A stretch of DNA of 64,000 nucleotides from Clostridia bacterium (GTDB taxonomy: Bacteria; Bacillota; Clostridia; Christensenellales; CAG-138): contig JAFZRT010000060.1 in NCBI GenBank assembly GCA_017619735.1, positions 13,036 through 77,035 on the forward strand. Direction: 5' to 3'. The translations under genes and the position numbers were made by a program. Numbering within the stretch: position 1 is the stretch's first letter; each line of letters opens with the position of its first letter. Shown here one piece after another: positions 19,294-29,360 of the stretch. A model generated the notes under the pieces. That model was not told where the DNA came from. It saw only the letters and a program-made list of their open reading frames with translations, and searched no databases.

Positions 19294-20087
19294 GCCGCGA
19301 ACACATGGAATACCTGAAAAAGCTGAAGCGCGGGCGGCGGCTGACGGCGGCCGTAAGGATACTGCTTCTGGCGCTGCTGCTCGGCCTGTGGGAGGCGTCG
19401 GGGCGGCTCGGCCTCGCCGACCCGTTCATAGTGTCCTCCCCGTCGCGCGTGGTATCCACCGCGCTCCGCCTCTACGAGTCGCACGACCTTTTCCCGCACA
19501 TACTGACGACGTTCTACGAGACCGTGGTCGGCTTCGTCTCCGGCACGGCGATAGGCGTGGCCGCGGCGGTGCTTCTGTGGTTCAGCCCGTTCCTTCGGCG
19601 GGTGCTCGATCCGTATCTCGTGGTGCTGAACGCCCTCCCCAAGATCGCGCTCGGACCGATACTCATAGTCTGGGTCGGCGCGGGCCCGGGGGCGATAATC
19701 GTGATGGCGCTGCTCGTTTCGACCGTGGTGACGGTCATGAGCGTGCTTTCGGGCTTCACGGAGCAGGGCCGCGAGCGTGAGGAGCTCATGCGGACCCTCG
19801 GCGCGTCGCGGCTGCAGACGTTCATGAAGGCGGTGCTCCCCGCCTCCGTCCCGACTATTATGAGCGCGCTGAAGATAAGCGTCGGCATGAGCTGGGTCGG
19901 CGTTATAGTCGGCGAATACCTCGTTTCGAAGCGCGGCCTCGGCTACCTCATCGTCTACGGCGGGCAGGTGTTCAAGCTCGATCTCGTCATGGCGAGCATA
20001 GTGATACTCTGCGTGCTCGCGGCGATCATGTACTACGCCGTCGCGGCGTTCGAAAAGCGCATCGACAAAAGGTTCGGCAGGGAATAA
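19290..20087 (+). CDS. ABC transporter permease (SsuC/TauC-like, BPD-type)
   Basis: 265 aa with multiple TM segments. The start overlaps the ATPase stop (ATGA). Confidence 0.75.
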   Translation: MSREHMEYLKKLKRGRRLTAAVRILLLALLLGLWEASGRLGLADPFIVSSPSRVVSTALRLYESHDLFPHILTTFYETVVGFVSGTAIGVAAAVLLWFSPFLRRVLDPYLVVLNALPKIALGPILIVWVGAGPGAIIVMALLVSTVVTVMSVLSGFTEQGREREELMRTLGASRLQTFMKAVLPASVPTIMSALKISVGMSWVGVIVGEYLVSKRGLGYLIVYGGQVFKLDLVMASIVILCVLAAIMYYAVAAFEKRIDKRFGRE

Positions 20088-20094
20088 GCGCAAA

Positions 20095-20125
20095 CAAAAA
20101 AGGGAGCTTCCGCTCCCTTTGATCT
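20095..20125. terminator. terminator between the convergent ABC permease and glgA genes
   Basis: Stem agggagc/gctccct with loop ttcc, an A-run upstream and a T-rich stretch downstream. Confidence 0.5.
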
Positions 20126-20134
20126 TTCTCCTAA

Positions 20135-21559
20135 TTACCTCAGCCAGCTGTAAAGCAGCATGTATTTCTCCGCGCTGACGCGCCAGTCGAAGTCGGCCGA
20201 CATAGCGCGCTTCACGAGGCCTTCCCACGCGGGCTTGTCGTAGTAGGTGCCGACGGCAAGTCCCACGACCTCCGCGAAGGATTCGAAGCTGTGGCCCGAG
20301 AAGGAGAAGCCGTTGCCCGTGTTCTCGAAGCGGTTGTACGGCGTGACGGTGTCGGCGAGACCGCCCGTCTCGCGGACGATCGGGATCGAGCCGTAGCGCA
20401 GAGCCAGCAGCTGCGACAGCCCGCAGGGCTCGAACACGGAGGGCATGAGGAACATATCCGATCCGGCGTAGATGCGGCGGGCAAGGCCGTCGTTCATCTC
20501 GCAGCGGAACTCGAAATTGGGGCTCTCATGCTGCAGCCAGGCGAAGTAATCCTCATAATCCCGGTCGCCCATGCCGAGCACCACCGCCTGCGCCCCCTCC
20601 CAGAGGAGCTTGGGCAGTATGCCGCGCACCTTGTCGATGCCCTTCTGGTCGGTGAGCCGCGATATCACGGCGATGAGGGGCTTTTCGGGATCCTGCTCGA
20701 GGCCGAGCTCCATGAGGAGCTCCTCCTTGCAGGCGCGCTTGCCTATGAGCGAGTCGCGGTCATAGGCCATGGGGATATTCCTGTCGTTGGCGGGATCGAA
20801 CATGGAGTTCGATATTCCGTTGAGTATGCCGACGAGGTCGCCCGCCCTGTCGCGAAGCACGCAATCGAGCGTTTCGCCGAACTCGGGGGTCAGTATCTCC
20901 CGCGCGTAGGTCGGGCTTACGGTGGTGATCTTATCGGCGTACATGAGGCCCGCCTTCATGGAGGAGGCGCATCCGCTGTACTCTATGCGGTCGAGCTCCT
21001 CCTGCCCGACGGAGAGCAGGTCGGCGACGAGGCCGCGGCTGCCGATCCCCTGGAAGCGCAGATTGTGGATGGTGAACACGCTCTTTATTCCGGCGTATTC
21101 CGGGCGGCGGGCGTACTGCTTTATCAGCATGGGGATATAGCCCGTCTGCCAGTCGTTGCAGTGTATGACGTCCGGCATGAAGCCGAGCCTGGGCAGGCTT
21201 TCCATGACCGCCTTGCAGAAGAAGCAGAAGCGCTCCGTCTCGAAATCGCCCGAGCCGTAGATATAGTCCCCGCCGAAGTAGAACTCGTTGTCGACGAACC
21301 AGTATGTAACGCCGTCCTTTTTGAGCTCATCCACGCCGATGTACTGATTGCGCCATCCGAGGTCGATGCGCGAATCGAACACGTGCCGCATGCTGAAGCG
21401 GTATTCCTCCGATATCCTGCGGTATTTCGGGAGCATTACGCAGATCTCGTTCTCCGGGCAAAGCTCCTTCAGCGCCCGCGGGAGCGTCCCCGCGACGTCG
21501 GCAAGACCGCCGGTCTTGATGTAGGGCATACATTCGCTTGTTGTGAACAGTAATTTCAT
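20135..21559 (-). CDS. glgA: glycogen synthase (ADP-glucose type)
   Basis: 474 aa with the N-terminal KTGGLADVAG motif. Confidence 0.9.
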   Translation of the reverse strand: MKLLFTTSECMPYIKTGGLADVAGTLPRALKELCPENEICVMLPKYRRISEEYRFSMRHVFDSRIDLGWRNQYIGVDELKKDGVTYWFVDNEFYFGGDYIYGSGDFETERFCFFCKAVMESLPRLGFMPDVIHCNDWQTGYIPMLIKQYARRPEYAGIKSVFTIHNLRFQGIGSRGLVADLLSVGQEELDRIEYSGCASSMKAGLMYADKITTVSPTYAREILTPEFGETLDCVLRDRAGDLVGILNGISNSMFDPANDRNIPMAYDRDSLIGKRACKEELLMELGLEQDPEKPLIAVISRLTDQKGIDKVRGILPKLLWEGAQAVVLGMGDRDYEDYFAWLQHESPNFEFRCEMNDGLARRIYAGSDMFLMPSVFEPCGLSQLLALRYGSIPIVRETGGLADTVTPYNRFENTGNGFSFSGHSFESFAEVVGLAVGTYYDKPAWEGLVKRAMSADFDWRVSAEKYMLLYSWLR

Positions 21560-21570
21560 AGCGCCGTCCT

Positions 21571-22692
21571 TTACACCCTCGTGCCCTTCCTCAGTATCAC
21601 GGGATACGAGCCGTGGCCGGAGAGCACGCGTTCCATGCCGACCGACACGCCCTTGTCGAGTATCATGTGGTCGAGCATGGAGTTTTCGCCGATATCGTCC
21701 GCCTGCATGAGGATACTGTTCCTGACGACGGCGCCCGGCGCGACGTGCACGCCGCGGAAGAGCACGCTGTTCTCGACGAGGCCCTCGATGACGCAGCCGT
21801 CGGCGACGATCGAATTGACCGCGCGGCCCTCGCCCACGTACCTTGCGGGGAACTCGTCCTTTATCTTGGTATAGATGGGATGCTCGGAGCTGAAGAGCTC
21901 CGTCGACACCGCCTTGTCGAGCAGCGCCATGTTGTGCTTATAATAGCTGTTCATGGAGTTGATGCGCGCGACGTAGCCGGTGAACTCCCAGCCCCTTATG
22001 TTGAGGTTCTGCACGTTCCTTACGAGCACGTCGCTCGTGAAGTCGTAGCGGGCGTGGGCGTAGGCGTCCTCAACGAGGTATTCGAGTATGGATTTTTCCA
22101 TAACGAACGCGTCGCAGCTGCAGCAGTCGGTCTCCGGCGTGGCGGGGTTGAACGCGATGTCGATCACCCTGCCGTCCCCGTCCATCTTGAGGCGGAGATC
22201 GTCGAACTGCTCGCTCATGTCGTAGTCCTTTACGCGGTTGTACATTATCGTTATGTCCGCGCCGGACGCGATGTGCTGCTTTATCATCTCGTTATAGGTC
22301 GTGTTGTAGATGGTGTGGCTGCCCATCAGCACGACGTATTTCTGGCTGGAGCGCCTTATGTAGCCCATGCAGGAGCGCAGCGCGTCGACCGTTCCCTTAT
22401 AGACGCCGGTGTTGTCGTGCGTCACGAAGGGGGGCAGTATGAACAGGCCGTCGCGTTTGCGGTGCAGATCCCATTCCTTGCCGCTCTCCAGATGGTCCAT
22501 CAGCGAATGATAGTTCCTCTGCGCGATTATGCCGACGTTGTAGATGCCGGTGTTCACGAGATCGGAGAGCATGAAGTCGATCGTGCGGTATCTGCCGCCG
22601 AAGGGCACAGCGGCAACGGAGCGTGAGAAGGTCAGGTCGCGCAGCTGCATGCTGGCGTCGCCCGTGTAGATCAATCCGAATGCGTTTTCCAT
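21571..22692 (-). CDS. glgD: glucose-1-phosphate adenylyltransferase, GlgD (regulatory) subunit
   Basis: 373-aa nucleotidyltransferase plus left-handed beta-helix paralog, located directly downstream of glgC as in Firmicutes glg operons. Confidence 0.8.
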   Translation of the reverse strand: MENAFGLIYTGDASMQLRDLTFSRSVAAVPFGGRYRTIDFMLSDLVNTGIYNVGIIAQRNYHSLMDHLESGKEWDLHRKRDGLFILPPFVTHDNTGVYKGTVDALRSCMGYIRRSSQKYVVLMGSHTIYNTTYNEMIKQHIASGADITIMYNRVKDYDMSEQFDDLRLKMDGDGRVIDIAFNPATPETDCCSCDAFVMEKSILEYLVEDAYAHARYDFTSDVLVRNVQNLNIRGWEFTGYVARINSMNSYYKHNMALLDKAVSTELFSSEHPIYTKIKDEFPARYVGEGRAVNSIVADGCVIEGLVENSVLFRGVHVAPGAVVRNSILMQADDIGENSMLDHMILDKGVSVGMERVLSGHGSYPVILRKGTRV

Positions 22693-22714
22693 AACATGTC
22701 CTTCCTTTCCGCTG

Positions 22715-23917
<1,203 letters not shown>

Positions 23918-23975
23918 GTTTTTACCCCCTTGGTAATATTGATTTGGGTAAACGGCCGCGCGGCCGCGATCGGGT

Positions 23976-25808
23976 TCAGATCTTGTAGAAGGCTCCCTCA
24001 TAGCCGTATATCGGCAGTATGAGCTTGCCCTTTTTGATTTGCGCCTTGGCCCCCGTCCTTTCGTGCGTGGAGAACGCGCAGTGCAGCACTCGGCGGCCCT
24101 TCACCTCCGGCGCTATGGCGGAAAGGTCTATCTCGTAGGCCTCATGCTCGCCCGGGGTGAAATTGAATACGCAGATGAGCGATTCACCGCTCGCGGGGTC
24201 GCGGCGGCGGAAGGCGATAATGCTGTGCTCCGCGTCGGTCAGCGCGAGCCAGCGGTAGCCCTCCCATGCGCAGACGTCGTTCCACAGCGCCCTGCTGCCG
24301 CGGTAGAAGAAGTTCATTGCGCGGGCGAAGTTCTGCATGGAGCGGTGGTTCTTGTAGTCGAGGAGGAACCATTCGAGCGAATTGCGGAAGTTCCATTCGA
24401 CGAACTGGCCGAACTCGCTGCCCATGAACTCGAGCTTTTTGCCCGGACAGGCGAAACGGTACGCGAGCAGGAGCCGCAGCTGAGCGAACTGCGCCTCGTA
24501 ATTGCCGCACATGCGGCCTATGAGTGAGCGCTTGCCGTAGACGACCTCGTCATGGGAGAAGGGCAGTATGTGCGCCTCCGCGAAGGCGTAGGTCATGGGG
24601 AAGGTCAGCTTGTCCTGATGATATTTGCGGTAGATGCTGTCGAGCTCGAAATAGGAGAGCGTGTCATTCATGAAGCCCATGTTCCACTTGTAGTCGAAGC
24701 CGAGACCCTCCGGCCCGGTGACGTGCGGGAAAGCGCTGGACTCCTCCGCGATTATGTACGCGCCCGTCCTCTCGTGGACGGCGGCGTTGAGCTCCTTTAT
24801 GAAATTGATCGCGGCGTAGTTAAGATTGGAGCCGTCGAAATTGGGACGCCACTCGGATTTGCAGAAATCGAGGTAGAGCATGCAGCTCACGGCGTCGACG
24901 CGAAGACCGTCCACGCCGAAGTTTTCGATGAGGTAGAGCGCGTTGGACATGAGATAGCTGCGCACGTGGGGCTGATCGTAATCGTAGAGCAGGGTGCCCC
25001 AGAGCGGCATCTCGGCGCGGAGCGGATCGGGGGATTCATAGAGCGGCGTGCCGTCGAAGAGGCGGAGGCCGCAGTCGTCCTTTACGAAATGCGCGGGGAC
25101 CCAGTCGAGAATGACCGCGAGGCCCGCGGCGTGCGCGCGGTCGATGAAGAGGCGCAGCTCCTCCGGCGTGCCGTAGCGGGCGGTTATCGCGTACATGCCG
25201 CTCGTCTGATAGCCCCAGCTCTCGTCGAGAAGATGCTCGCAGACGGGCATGAGCTCTATCGCGGTGTAGCCCATGGAGCTGCAGTAATCGACGAGCTGTG
25301 TGGAGGCGGCGACGAACGAGAGGCCCTTGACCCACGAGCCGAGATGCACCTCGTAAATGGAGACGGGCTTGTCGTAGGCGAGGCGGCGCTCCCATGTGCG
25401 CCTGTCCTGGAACTCGAGATCCCAGACGACGCTGGCGTTGCCGGGGCGCAGCTCGTTCCTGACGGAGAACGGATCGGACTTCAGAACGGTCCTGCCGTTA
25501 CGGTCGGTGACGGCGTATTTGTAGCGCTGCCCGCGGCAGGCGGAGCGCTCGATCTCCCACACGCCGAACTCGGGATCGAACGTCATCGGATCGCCCTGCC
25601 AGGAGTTGAAATCACCGACGAGCGAAACAAAAGCGGCGTTCGGCGCAAAAACGCGGAACAGCCACTTGTCCTTTTCGGAATGATCCCTGTGCGCGCCGAA
25701 CACGCGGTATGCCTCGCGGCTGCGGCCCTCGGTAAAGGCGCGGAGCTCCCCGCGGACGAGATCGCTTTTGTACGGGCGGTTTTTAGGTTCCTGATCAGCC
25801 AAGTCCAT
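23976..25808 (-). CDS. glgB: 1,4-alpha-glucan branching enzyme
   Basis: GH13 motifs DWVPAHF, GLRVDAV, IIAEES and FSHDEV. ATG 25808 is preferred, with GGGAGAGG just upstream. The track start at 25844 is a TTG that lies inside the -10 box. Confidence 0.85.
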   Translation of the reverse strand: MDLADQEPKNRPYKSDLVRGELRAFTEGRSREAYRVFGAHRDHSEKDKWLFRVFAPNAAFVSLVGDFNSWQGDPMTFDPEFGVWEIERSACRGQRYKYAVTDRNGRTVLKSDPFSVRNELRPGNASVVWDLEFQDRRTWERRLAYDKPVSIYEVHLGSWVKGLSFVAASTQLVDYCSSMGYTAIELMPVCEHLLDESWGYQTSGMYAITARYGTPEELRLFIDRAHAAGLAVILDWVPAHFVKDDCGLRLFDGTPLYESPDPLRAEMPLWGTLLYDYDQPHVRSYLMSNALYLIENFGVDGLRVDAVSCMLYLDFCKSEWRPNFDGSNLNYAAINFIKELNAAVHERTGAYIIAEESSAFPHVTGPEGLGFDYKWNMGFMNDTLSYFELDSIYRKYHQDKLTFPMTYAFAEAHILPFSHDEVVYGKRSLIGRMCGNYEAQFAQLRLLLAYRFACPGKKLEFMGSEFGQFVEWNFRNSLEWFLLDYKNHRSMQNFARAMNFFYRGSRALWNDVCAWEGYRWLALTDAEHSIIAFRRRDPASGESLICVFNFTPGEHEAYEIDLSAIAPEVKGRRVLHCAFSTHERTGAKAQIKKGKLILPIYGYEGAFYKI

Positions 25809-25832
25809 ACCTCTCCCATTGTCTTTTTTTCT

Positions 25833-25861
25833 ATTATAGCACAAACGATATATTTTGTCAT
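25833..25861 (-). promoter_or_regulatory. sigma-A promoter of the glgBCDA operon (aTGACA-17-TATAAT with TGc extended -10)
   Basis: Reverse complement of 25856..25861 and 25833..25838, with a 17-nt spacer. Confidence 0.5.
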
Positions 25862-25918
25862 CGTTTTTTTGTTCGATTTTTGACGTATCCTCTTCCCCGC
25901 CCGCGGGGATATTTACGA

Positions 25919-25947
25919 TTGACGAAACAGGGCCCGGGATGTATAAT
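25919..25947 (+). promoter_or_regulatory. sigma-A promoter of tRNA-Leu (TTGACG-17-TATAAT)
   Basis: Hexamers at 25919..25924 and 25942..25947. The tRNA 5' end lies 10 nt after the -10 box. Confidence 0.5.
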
Positions 25948-25956
25948 ATCGCATGC

Positions 25957-26039
25957 GCAGATGTGGTGGAACGGCATACACAGCGGACTTAAAATCCGCC
26001 GGCGAAAGCTTGAGGGTTCAAATCCCTCCATCTGCACCA
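25957..26039 (+). tRNA. tRNA-Leu, anticodon UAA, with encoded CCA
   Basis: Folded by hand. Acceptor stem gcagatg/catctgc (7 bp). Anticodon stem gcgga/tccgc with loop cTTAAaa. Long variable arm (type II). T arm gaggg-ttcaaat-ccctc. Discriminator A followed by CCA. Confidence 0.85.
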
Positions 26040-26073
26040 ATCCCCTATAGCCCATCGGGCTATAGGGGATTGG
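26037..26073 (+). terminator. 17-bp perfect hairpin overlapping the tRNA CCA end
   Basis: Arms ccaatcccctatagccc / gggctataggggattgg with loop atc, followed by tattta. Confidence 0.5.
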
Positions 26074-26083
26074 TATTTATAAT

Positions 26084-26102
26084 GGAAGGGATTTGAAGGG
26101 CG
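26084..26102 (+). repeat. 19-nt perfect direct repeat ggaagggatttgaagggcg, copy 1
   Basis: Identical to 29342..29360. Confidence 0.8.
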
Positions 26103-26197
26103 GAAAAGGAAATCATCCGGTGGATGATTTCCCCGCCCCGGGTTTTGTCAAAAGGCGCGAGAACGCCGCGCGGAGCGCAAGATCGAGACGCATCTTT

Positions 26198-26226
26198 TGC
26201 AAAACCGAATCTCTCCATCTGCACCA
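26198..26226 (+). repeat. partial copy of the tRNA-Leu 3' end (tgcaaaaccgaatctctccatctgcacca)
   Basis: The last 19 nt match the tRNA 3' end with one mismatch. The leading part tgcaaaaccg is shared with 29309..29334. Confidence 0.75.
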
Positions 26227-26228
26227 AA

Positions 26229-26259
26229 ATCCGGGTTTTCTCAACCCGGATCTTTTTTT
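26229..26259 (+). terminator. hairpin plus T7 following the second tRNA-3'-end copy
   Basis: Stem atccgggtt/aacccggat with loop ttctc, followed by cttttttt. Confidence 0.5.
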
Positions 26260-26350
26260 GCTTAAAATGCCTAAAACTCAATGATTATAAGGTTTTTTTG
26301 AATCTCCATATTTAGACTTGGAGCAGCTTGAGATCGTTAAAAACAAGATG

Positions 26351-26373
26351 CGTTGCACACCGGTTGCACACGG
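26351..26373 (+). repeat. 23-nt perfect direct repeat cgttgcacaccggttgcacacgg, left copy (two GTTGCACAC 9-mers)
   Basis: Identical to 28976..28998. Both copies lie 18 nt after an agcttgag motif. Confidence 0.8.
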
Positions 26374-26419
26374 GTTCGGAGCAGGTTTTCTTATTGCAAT
26401 GGAAAAGTTTTTTGGCTTA

Positions 26420-26441
26420 CGGTGCGACCCTGTTGCACACC
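26420..26441 (+). repeat. degenerate third copy of the GTTGCACAC-containing repeat
   Basis: cggtgcgaccctgttgcacacc matches 16 of 22 positions of the 23-nt repeat. Confidence 0.5.
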
Positions 26442-26545
26442 TTTTGACCATTCAAGCCCCAAAAACCAAACCACCTATCCGCACATTCGACACAGCCTCC
26501 CCGTTCTGCTATGCTTCTCCCATAACAGAAAAGGAGGATTTTCAA

Positions 26546-26896
26546 ATGGACATCACCTACACCAAACACGGCGACTATTACTACCCCGACCTCGCACTCC
26601 CTACCCAGCCGACCGGAGATATCGGCCGATTCGGACGGATGCGGAAGAAGTATTTGAAGGAGCATCAGCCCGACACCTTCGCGTTGATGCTTATGGAAAA
26701 CACCCTGATGGAGCACCTCCTCGATATTGACCGCGAAGCCAATGAGCAGATAGAGCTTGTCACTTTCCAGCTCGCCCAAGCCGAAGGCGTCACCGAAAAA
26801 CTCAAAGCTCGCGACCAGCTTGAATGGATCCGCGCCATGAACTCCTGCCGTATGAGAGCTGAGGAGCAGGTCATACGCGAAATAGTTCTTTCGTAG
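26546..26896 (+). CDS. tnpV: TnpV-like transposon-associated protein
   Basis: 116 aa from ATG 26546 after AAGGAGG. The N-terminus MDITYTKHGDYYYPDLALPTQP...GRFGRMRKKYLKEH resembles TnpV of Tn4451-type clostridial elements (recognised by eye). Confidence 0.65.
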   Translation: MDITYTKHGDYYYPDLALPTQPTGDIGRFGRMRKKYLKEHQPDTFALMLMENTLMEHLLDIDREANEQIELVTFQLAQAEGVTEKLKARDQLEWIRAMNSCRMRAEEQVIREIVLS

Positions 26897-27045
26897 AATA
26901 AAAAACGGACTGCGCAAAAAGCAATGTGCAGTCCATTCTTTGCTGTTTCATTTTCATTCTTTTATAACAGCTGTCCAGTTTTGCCTTTCTTAATTGGTTT
27001 CTATGTAGATAGGAAAAAATAGCCTTCGTTTATTGCTCCTCTGTA

Positions 27046-27074
27046 TTGATATAACAAACGATACGGGCTATACT
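27046..27074 (+). promoter_or_regulatory. candidate sigma-A promoter (TTGATA-17-TATACT) for the sigma-factor operon
   Basis: Hexamers at 27046..27051 and 27069..27074. Confidence 0.4.
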
Positions 27075-27210
27075 TGCAGTGATCAAAATAACGAATCGTG
27101 AAAAAAGTTGTGACCAACCCATTAAAAATGTTGTCTATTTAGGTGAACCGGTTCAAATACTTGATTGGAGGTACTTGAACGATAACCTGATCGACCGGAG
27201 GAATTATTGT

Positions 27211-27783
27211 ATGGACATTATTTCAACGGATAAAGAGATCGTCGATCTGTTCTTTGCAAGAAACGAAGAAGCCATTGCCTTATCCGAGCAGAAGTACGGA
27301 ACCTATTGCCGGGCTGTCTCCCAAAGGATATTGAGCGATGCGCAGGACGCGGAGGAATGCGTCAATGATACGCTCCTTCAGGCGTGGAATTCGATACCGC
27401 CTGCACGTCCGAAGAATATGAAGGCTTATCTTGCCAAGGCTGTTCGCAACATCTCCCTTAACAGACTGAAGTACAACAACAGGCAAAAACGCGCAGCGGA
27501 TGAATACGCTGCCGCCTATGAGGAGCTTGAAAACGTGATCTCAAGCGGAGGCTCCCCGGAAGAGCAAGCTGACGTCAACGCTCTGCGCGATACTATCAAC
27601 TCTTTTTTAGGTGAACAGAGCCTGGAAAACCGCCGGGTGTTTGTTGCAAGGTACTTCTACTTCGAGCCCATAAAGAACATATCCAACAATCTCGGCATAT
27701 CCGAAAGCAAGACGAAAATGATACTGCTAAGAATGAGAAATTCATTAAAGGCGTATCTCGAAAAGGAAGGAGTGATAATATGA
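27211..27783 (+). CDS. RNA polymerase sigma-70 family factor (group 4/ECF-like)
   Basis: 190 aa from ATG 27211 after GGAGG. A region 2-like stretch (DAEECVNDTLLQAWNSIPP) and a region 4 HTH (ISNNLGISESKTKMILLRMRNSLKAYL) are present. Confidence 0.8.
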   Translation: MDIISTDKEIVDLFFARNEEAIALSEQKYGTYCRAVSQRILSDAQDAEECVNDTLLQAWNSIPPARPKNMKAYLAKAVRNISLNRLKYNNRQKRAADEYAAAYEELENVISSGGSPEEQADVNALRDTINSFLGEQSLENRRVFVARYFYFEPIKNISNNLGISESKTKMILLRMRNSLKAYLEKEGVII

Positions 27784-28865
27784 AAACCGATTCACTCATT
27801 GAAGCCATCAACGGCATCAAGGATGATTACGTGACCGAATATGATCCCACGGAAAGCGTCGTGACCGGAAGCGGGAAGGTGATCTCCATAGACTCAAGAC
27901 GAATGAAAGGAGTTAATGGAATGAAAAAGATAAGTATCTGGCTCTCCGCCGCTGCGGCGGTATTGGTACTTGGTGTTGGCATTTTTGCCATCAACCATTT
28001 TGTCAAGAATTCCGGGAGCGAGCACCATGCAGCCGTTCCCACTGCGATACCCACTGAAACGGCGGCGGTCGATCCCACGCAGCCTGCTCAGACAATTACT
28101 TGCAGTATTCTTGAGGTCATGAATCCCCAGCTTGCCGAAAGTCCCTTTACTCACAGAAACGATATAAGGGAAACGACGGCGGTCAGCTTTGACGCGGCCA
28201 AGCAGAACAGCACGAAGACCGTCGAATTTATGGGCAGGCAGTACGAGGCCGAGTATAAGCAGACTATAAAGTATCTTTTCGGCAATACGACGGTCGATCA
28301 GTTCTCGGTCATCGGGCGCGAGTCCGACAGCTTCCTGCTGCTTTCCGACGGAACGATCTATGCGGCGCTTGTTTCACCCGCGGCAACGCTCGATATCGAT
28401 GAGTATGCAAATAAGGAGACTGTTCGCGCGGCAGTCGAGGCGGCTCTAAAGGATACGATCGACTTTACGGCATTCGAGTTCTGTGATGTCGAAGGTTCTG
28501 TTGAAGATACGACCGACGGATTCGGAACGTACCGTTTGATGTGGTACAATAAGAAGTACGGTTTCATGACCGGCGAGACCGTTCAGGTAAGCGTAAGGCA
28601 GAACGGTGAAGTCGGATCTGTTTGGATGAAGAACACGGTAGATCTGGGGCTTGACGCTCTGACCGATTCTTTCAGCATCGAAGACTATTCCGGTATGATA
28701 GAAGAAGAACTCCGCACGATCTACGGCGATGCAATGACCGGTTATGAGGTCATGTGGGCGAGCCTCACGAATTACGAGGGAAAGCCCTGCCTTGACTGCA
28801 CTATAGGCGTAAACGGCGAAGCATGGTCCGAAGCCTGCGAGCTTGCGATAGTCATTGGCGGGTAA
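27780..28865 (+). CDS. single-pass membrane protein, putative anti-sigma or sigma-partner with an unknown extracytoplasmic domain of about 280 aa
   Basis: Start overlaps the sigma gene stop (ATGA). One TM helix (ISIWLSAAAAVLVLGVGIFAI) lies about 50 aa from the N-terminus. No family was recognised for the C-terminal domain. Confidence 0.5.
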   Translation: MKTDSLIEAINGIKDDYVTEYDPTESVVTGSGKVISIDSRRMKGVNGMKKISIWLSAAAAVLVLGVGIFAINHFVKNSGSEHHAAVPTAIPTETAAVDPTQPAQTITCSILEVMNPQLAESPFTHRNDIRETTAVSFDAAKQNSTKTVEFMGRQYEAEYKQTIKYLFGNTTVDQFSVIGRESDSFLLLSDGTIYAALVSPAATLDIDEYANKETVRAAVEAALKDTIDFTAFEFCDVEGSVEDTTDGFGTYRLMWYNKKYGFMTGETVQVSVRQNGEVGSVWMKNTVDLGLDALTDSFSIEDYSGMIEEELRTIYGDAMTGYEVMWASLTNYEGKPCLDCTIGVNGEAWSEACELAIVIGG

Positions 28866-28875
28866 TCCGAACTTG

Positions 28876-28912
28876 AATCGGCGGCTCGTTTTTTCGGGCC
28901 GCCGATTATTTG
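28876..28912 (+). terminator. hairpin after the sigma-partner gene
   Basis: Stem aatcggcggc/gccgccgatt; the downstream T-run is weak. Confidence 0.45.
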
Positions 28913-28975
28913 AAAGACGGAAAAGGAGATCATGATATGAAAACCATTAAGCTTGAGTTAAGTTGGATCATCTTC

Positions 28976-28998
28976 CGTTGCACACCGGTTGCACACGG
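28976..28998 (+). repeat. 23-nt perfect direct repeat, right copy
   Basis: Identical to 26351..26373. It lies inside a 22-codon ORF (28937..29005, MKTIKLELSWIIFRCTPVAHGI) with its own AAGGAG. Confidence 0.8.
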
Positions 28999-29047
28999 CA
29001 TCTGAAAAAGCAGAATAAAATCAAGGTTTTTTGACAGCGAATCAGGT

Positions 29048-29058
29048 CATCTGCACCA
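29048..29058 (+). repeat. 11-nt copy of the tRNA-Leu acceptor 3' end (catctgcacca)
   Basis: Exact match to 26029..26039. Confidence 0.6.
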
Positions 29059-29093
29059 AGGGAAACACCCCCAACCGGGGGTGTTTCCCTTGG
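29056..29093 (+). terminator. 17-bp perfect hairpin overlapping the CCA of the third tRNA-end copy
   Basis: Arms ccaagggaaacaccccc / gggggtgtttcccttgg. The architecture matches 26037..26073 but the stem sequence differs. Confidence 0.5.
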
Positions 29094-29308
29094 TTTGATT
29101 CAAGAGATTCGAAGGGCGAAGCAAAAAGCAACAGTGTTGCTTTTTGCCGCCCCGTGTTTTGATCCCTGCACTTTTTGCGCAGTCCGGAGGACAAGGTTGC
29201 CGCACGGTTCCCGCAGGGAATTTCGAGCATCCGGTGGATGGTCGAAAAGTAAGGCAACGGGCGGCCTTGCGAGCATCGCTTGCAGTCCGCCCCGTCGGAG
29301 AGCCAATG

Positions 29309-29334
29309 TGCAAAAACCGAATCTCTCCATCTGC
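29309..29334 (+). repeat. partial copy of the tRNA-Leu 3' end region (tgcaaaaaccgaatctctccatctgc)
   Basis: Near-identical to 26198..26223, with one extra A. Confidence 0.7.
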
Positions 29335-29341
29335 GTTCAGC

Positions 29342-29360
29342 GGAAGGGATTTGAAGGGCG
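29342..29360 (+). repeat. 19-nt perfect direct repeat ggaagggatttgaagggcg, copy 2
   Basis: Identical to 26084..26102. Confidence 0.8.

Larger units (their letters stand above)
26040..29334. mobile_element. decayed integrative-element patch at the tRNA-Leu 3' end (tnpV, sigma factor, membrane partner); no recombinase gene present
   Basis: Three further partial copies of the tRNA 3' end. GC content is visibly lower between about 26300 and 29000. A TnpV-like gene is present, along with perfect 19-nt and 23-nt direct repeats. Confidence 0.45.

Noticed and set aside
26084-26226. Considered whether the segment ending in ...ctccatctgcacca is a tmRNA or a second tRNA gene
   Set aside because: No 5' strand complementary to the acceptor 3' strand (gcagatg) is present, nor are D or anticodon arms. 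Only the T-arm/acceptor 3' portion is copied, which fits an att-site remnant.
26093-26315. Short ORFs in the repeat-rich spacers (26093..26284, 26124..26315, 29095..29364, 29144..29398, plus minus-strand ones)
   Set aside because: They have no RBS, they cross hairpin terminators and tRNA-end copies, and they overlap each other in several frames.
26318-26545. N-terminal 76 codons of the 192-aa track ORF ahead of tnpV
   Set aside because: It starts at a TTG codon, with no ATG start and no RBS, and it contains the GTTGCACAC repeats. The internal ATG at 26546 has a perfect AAGGAGG and gives a TnpV-sized product.
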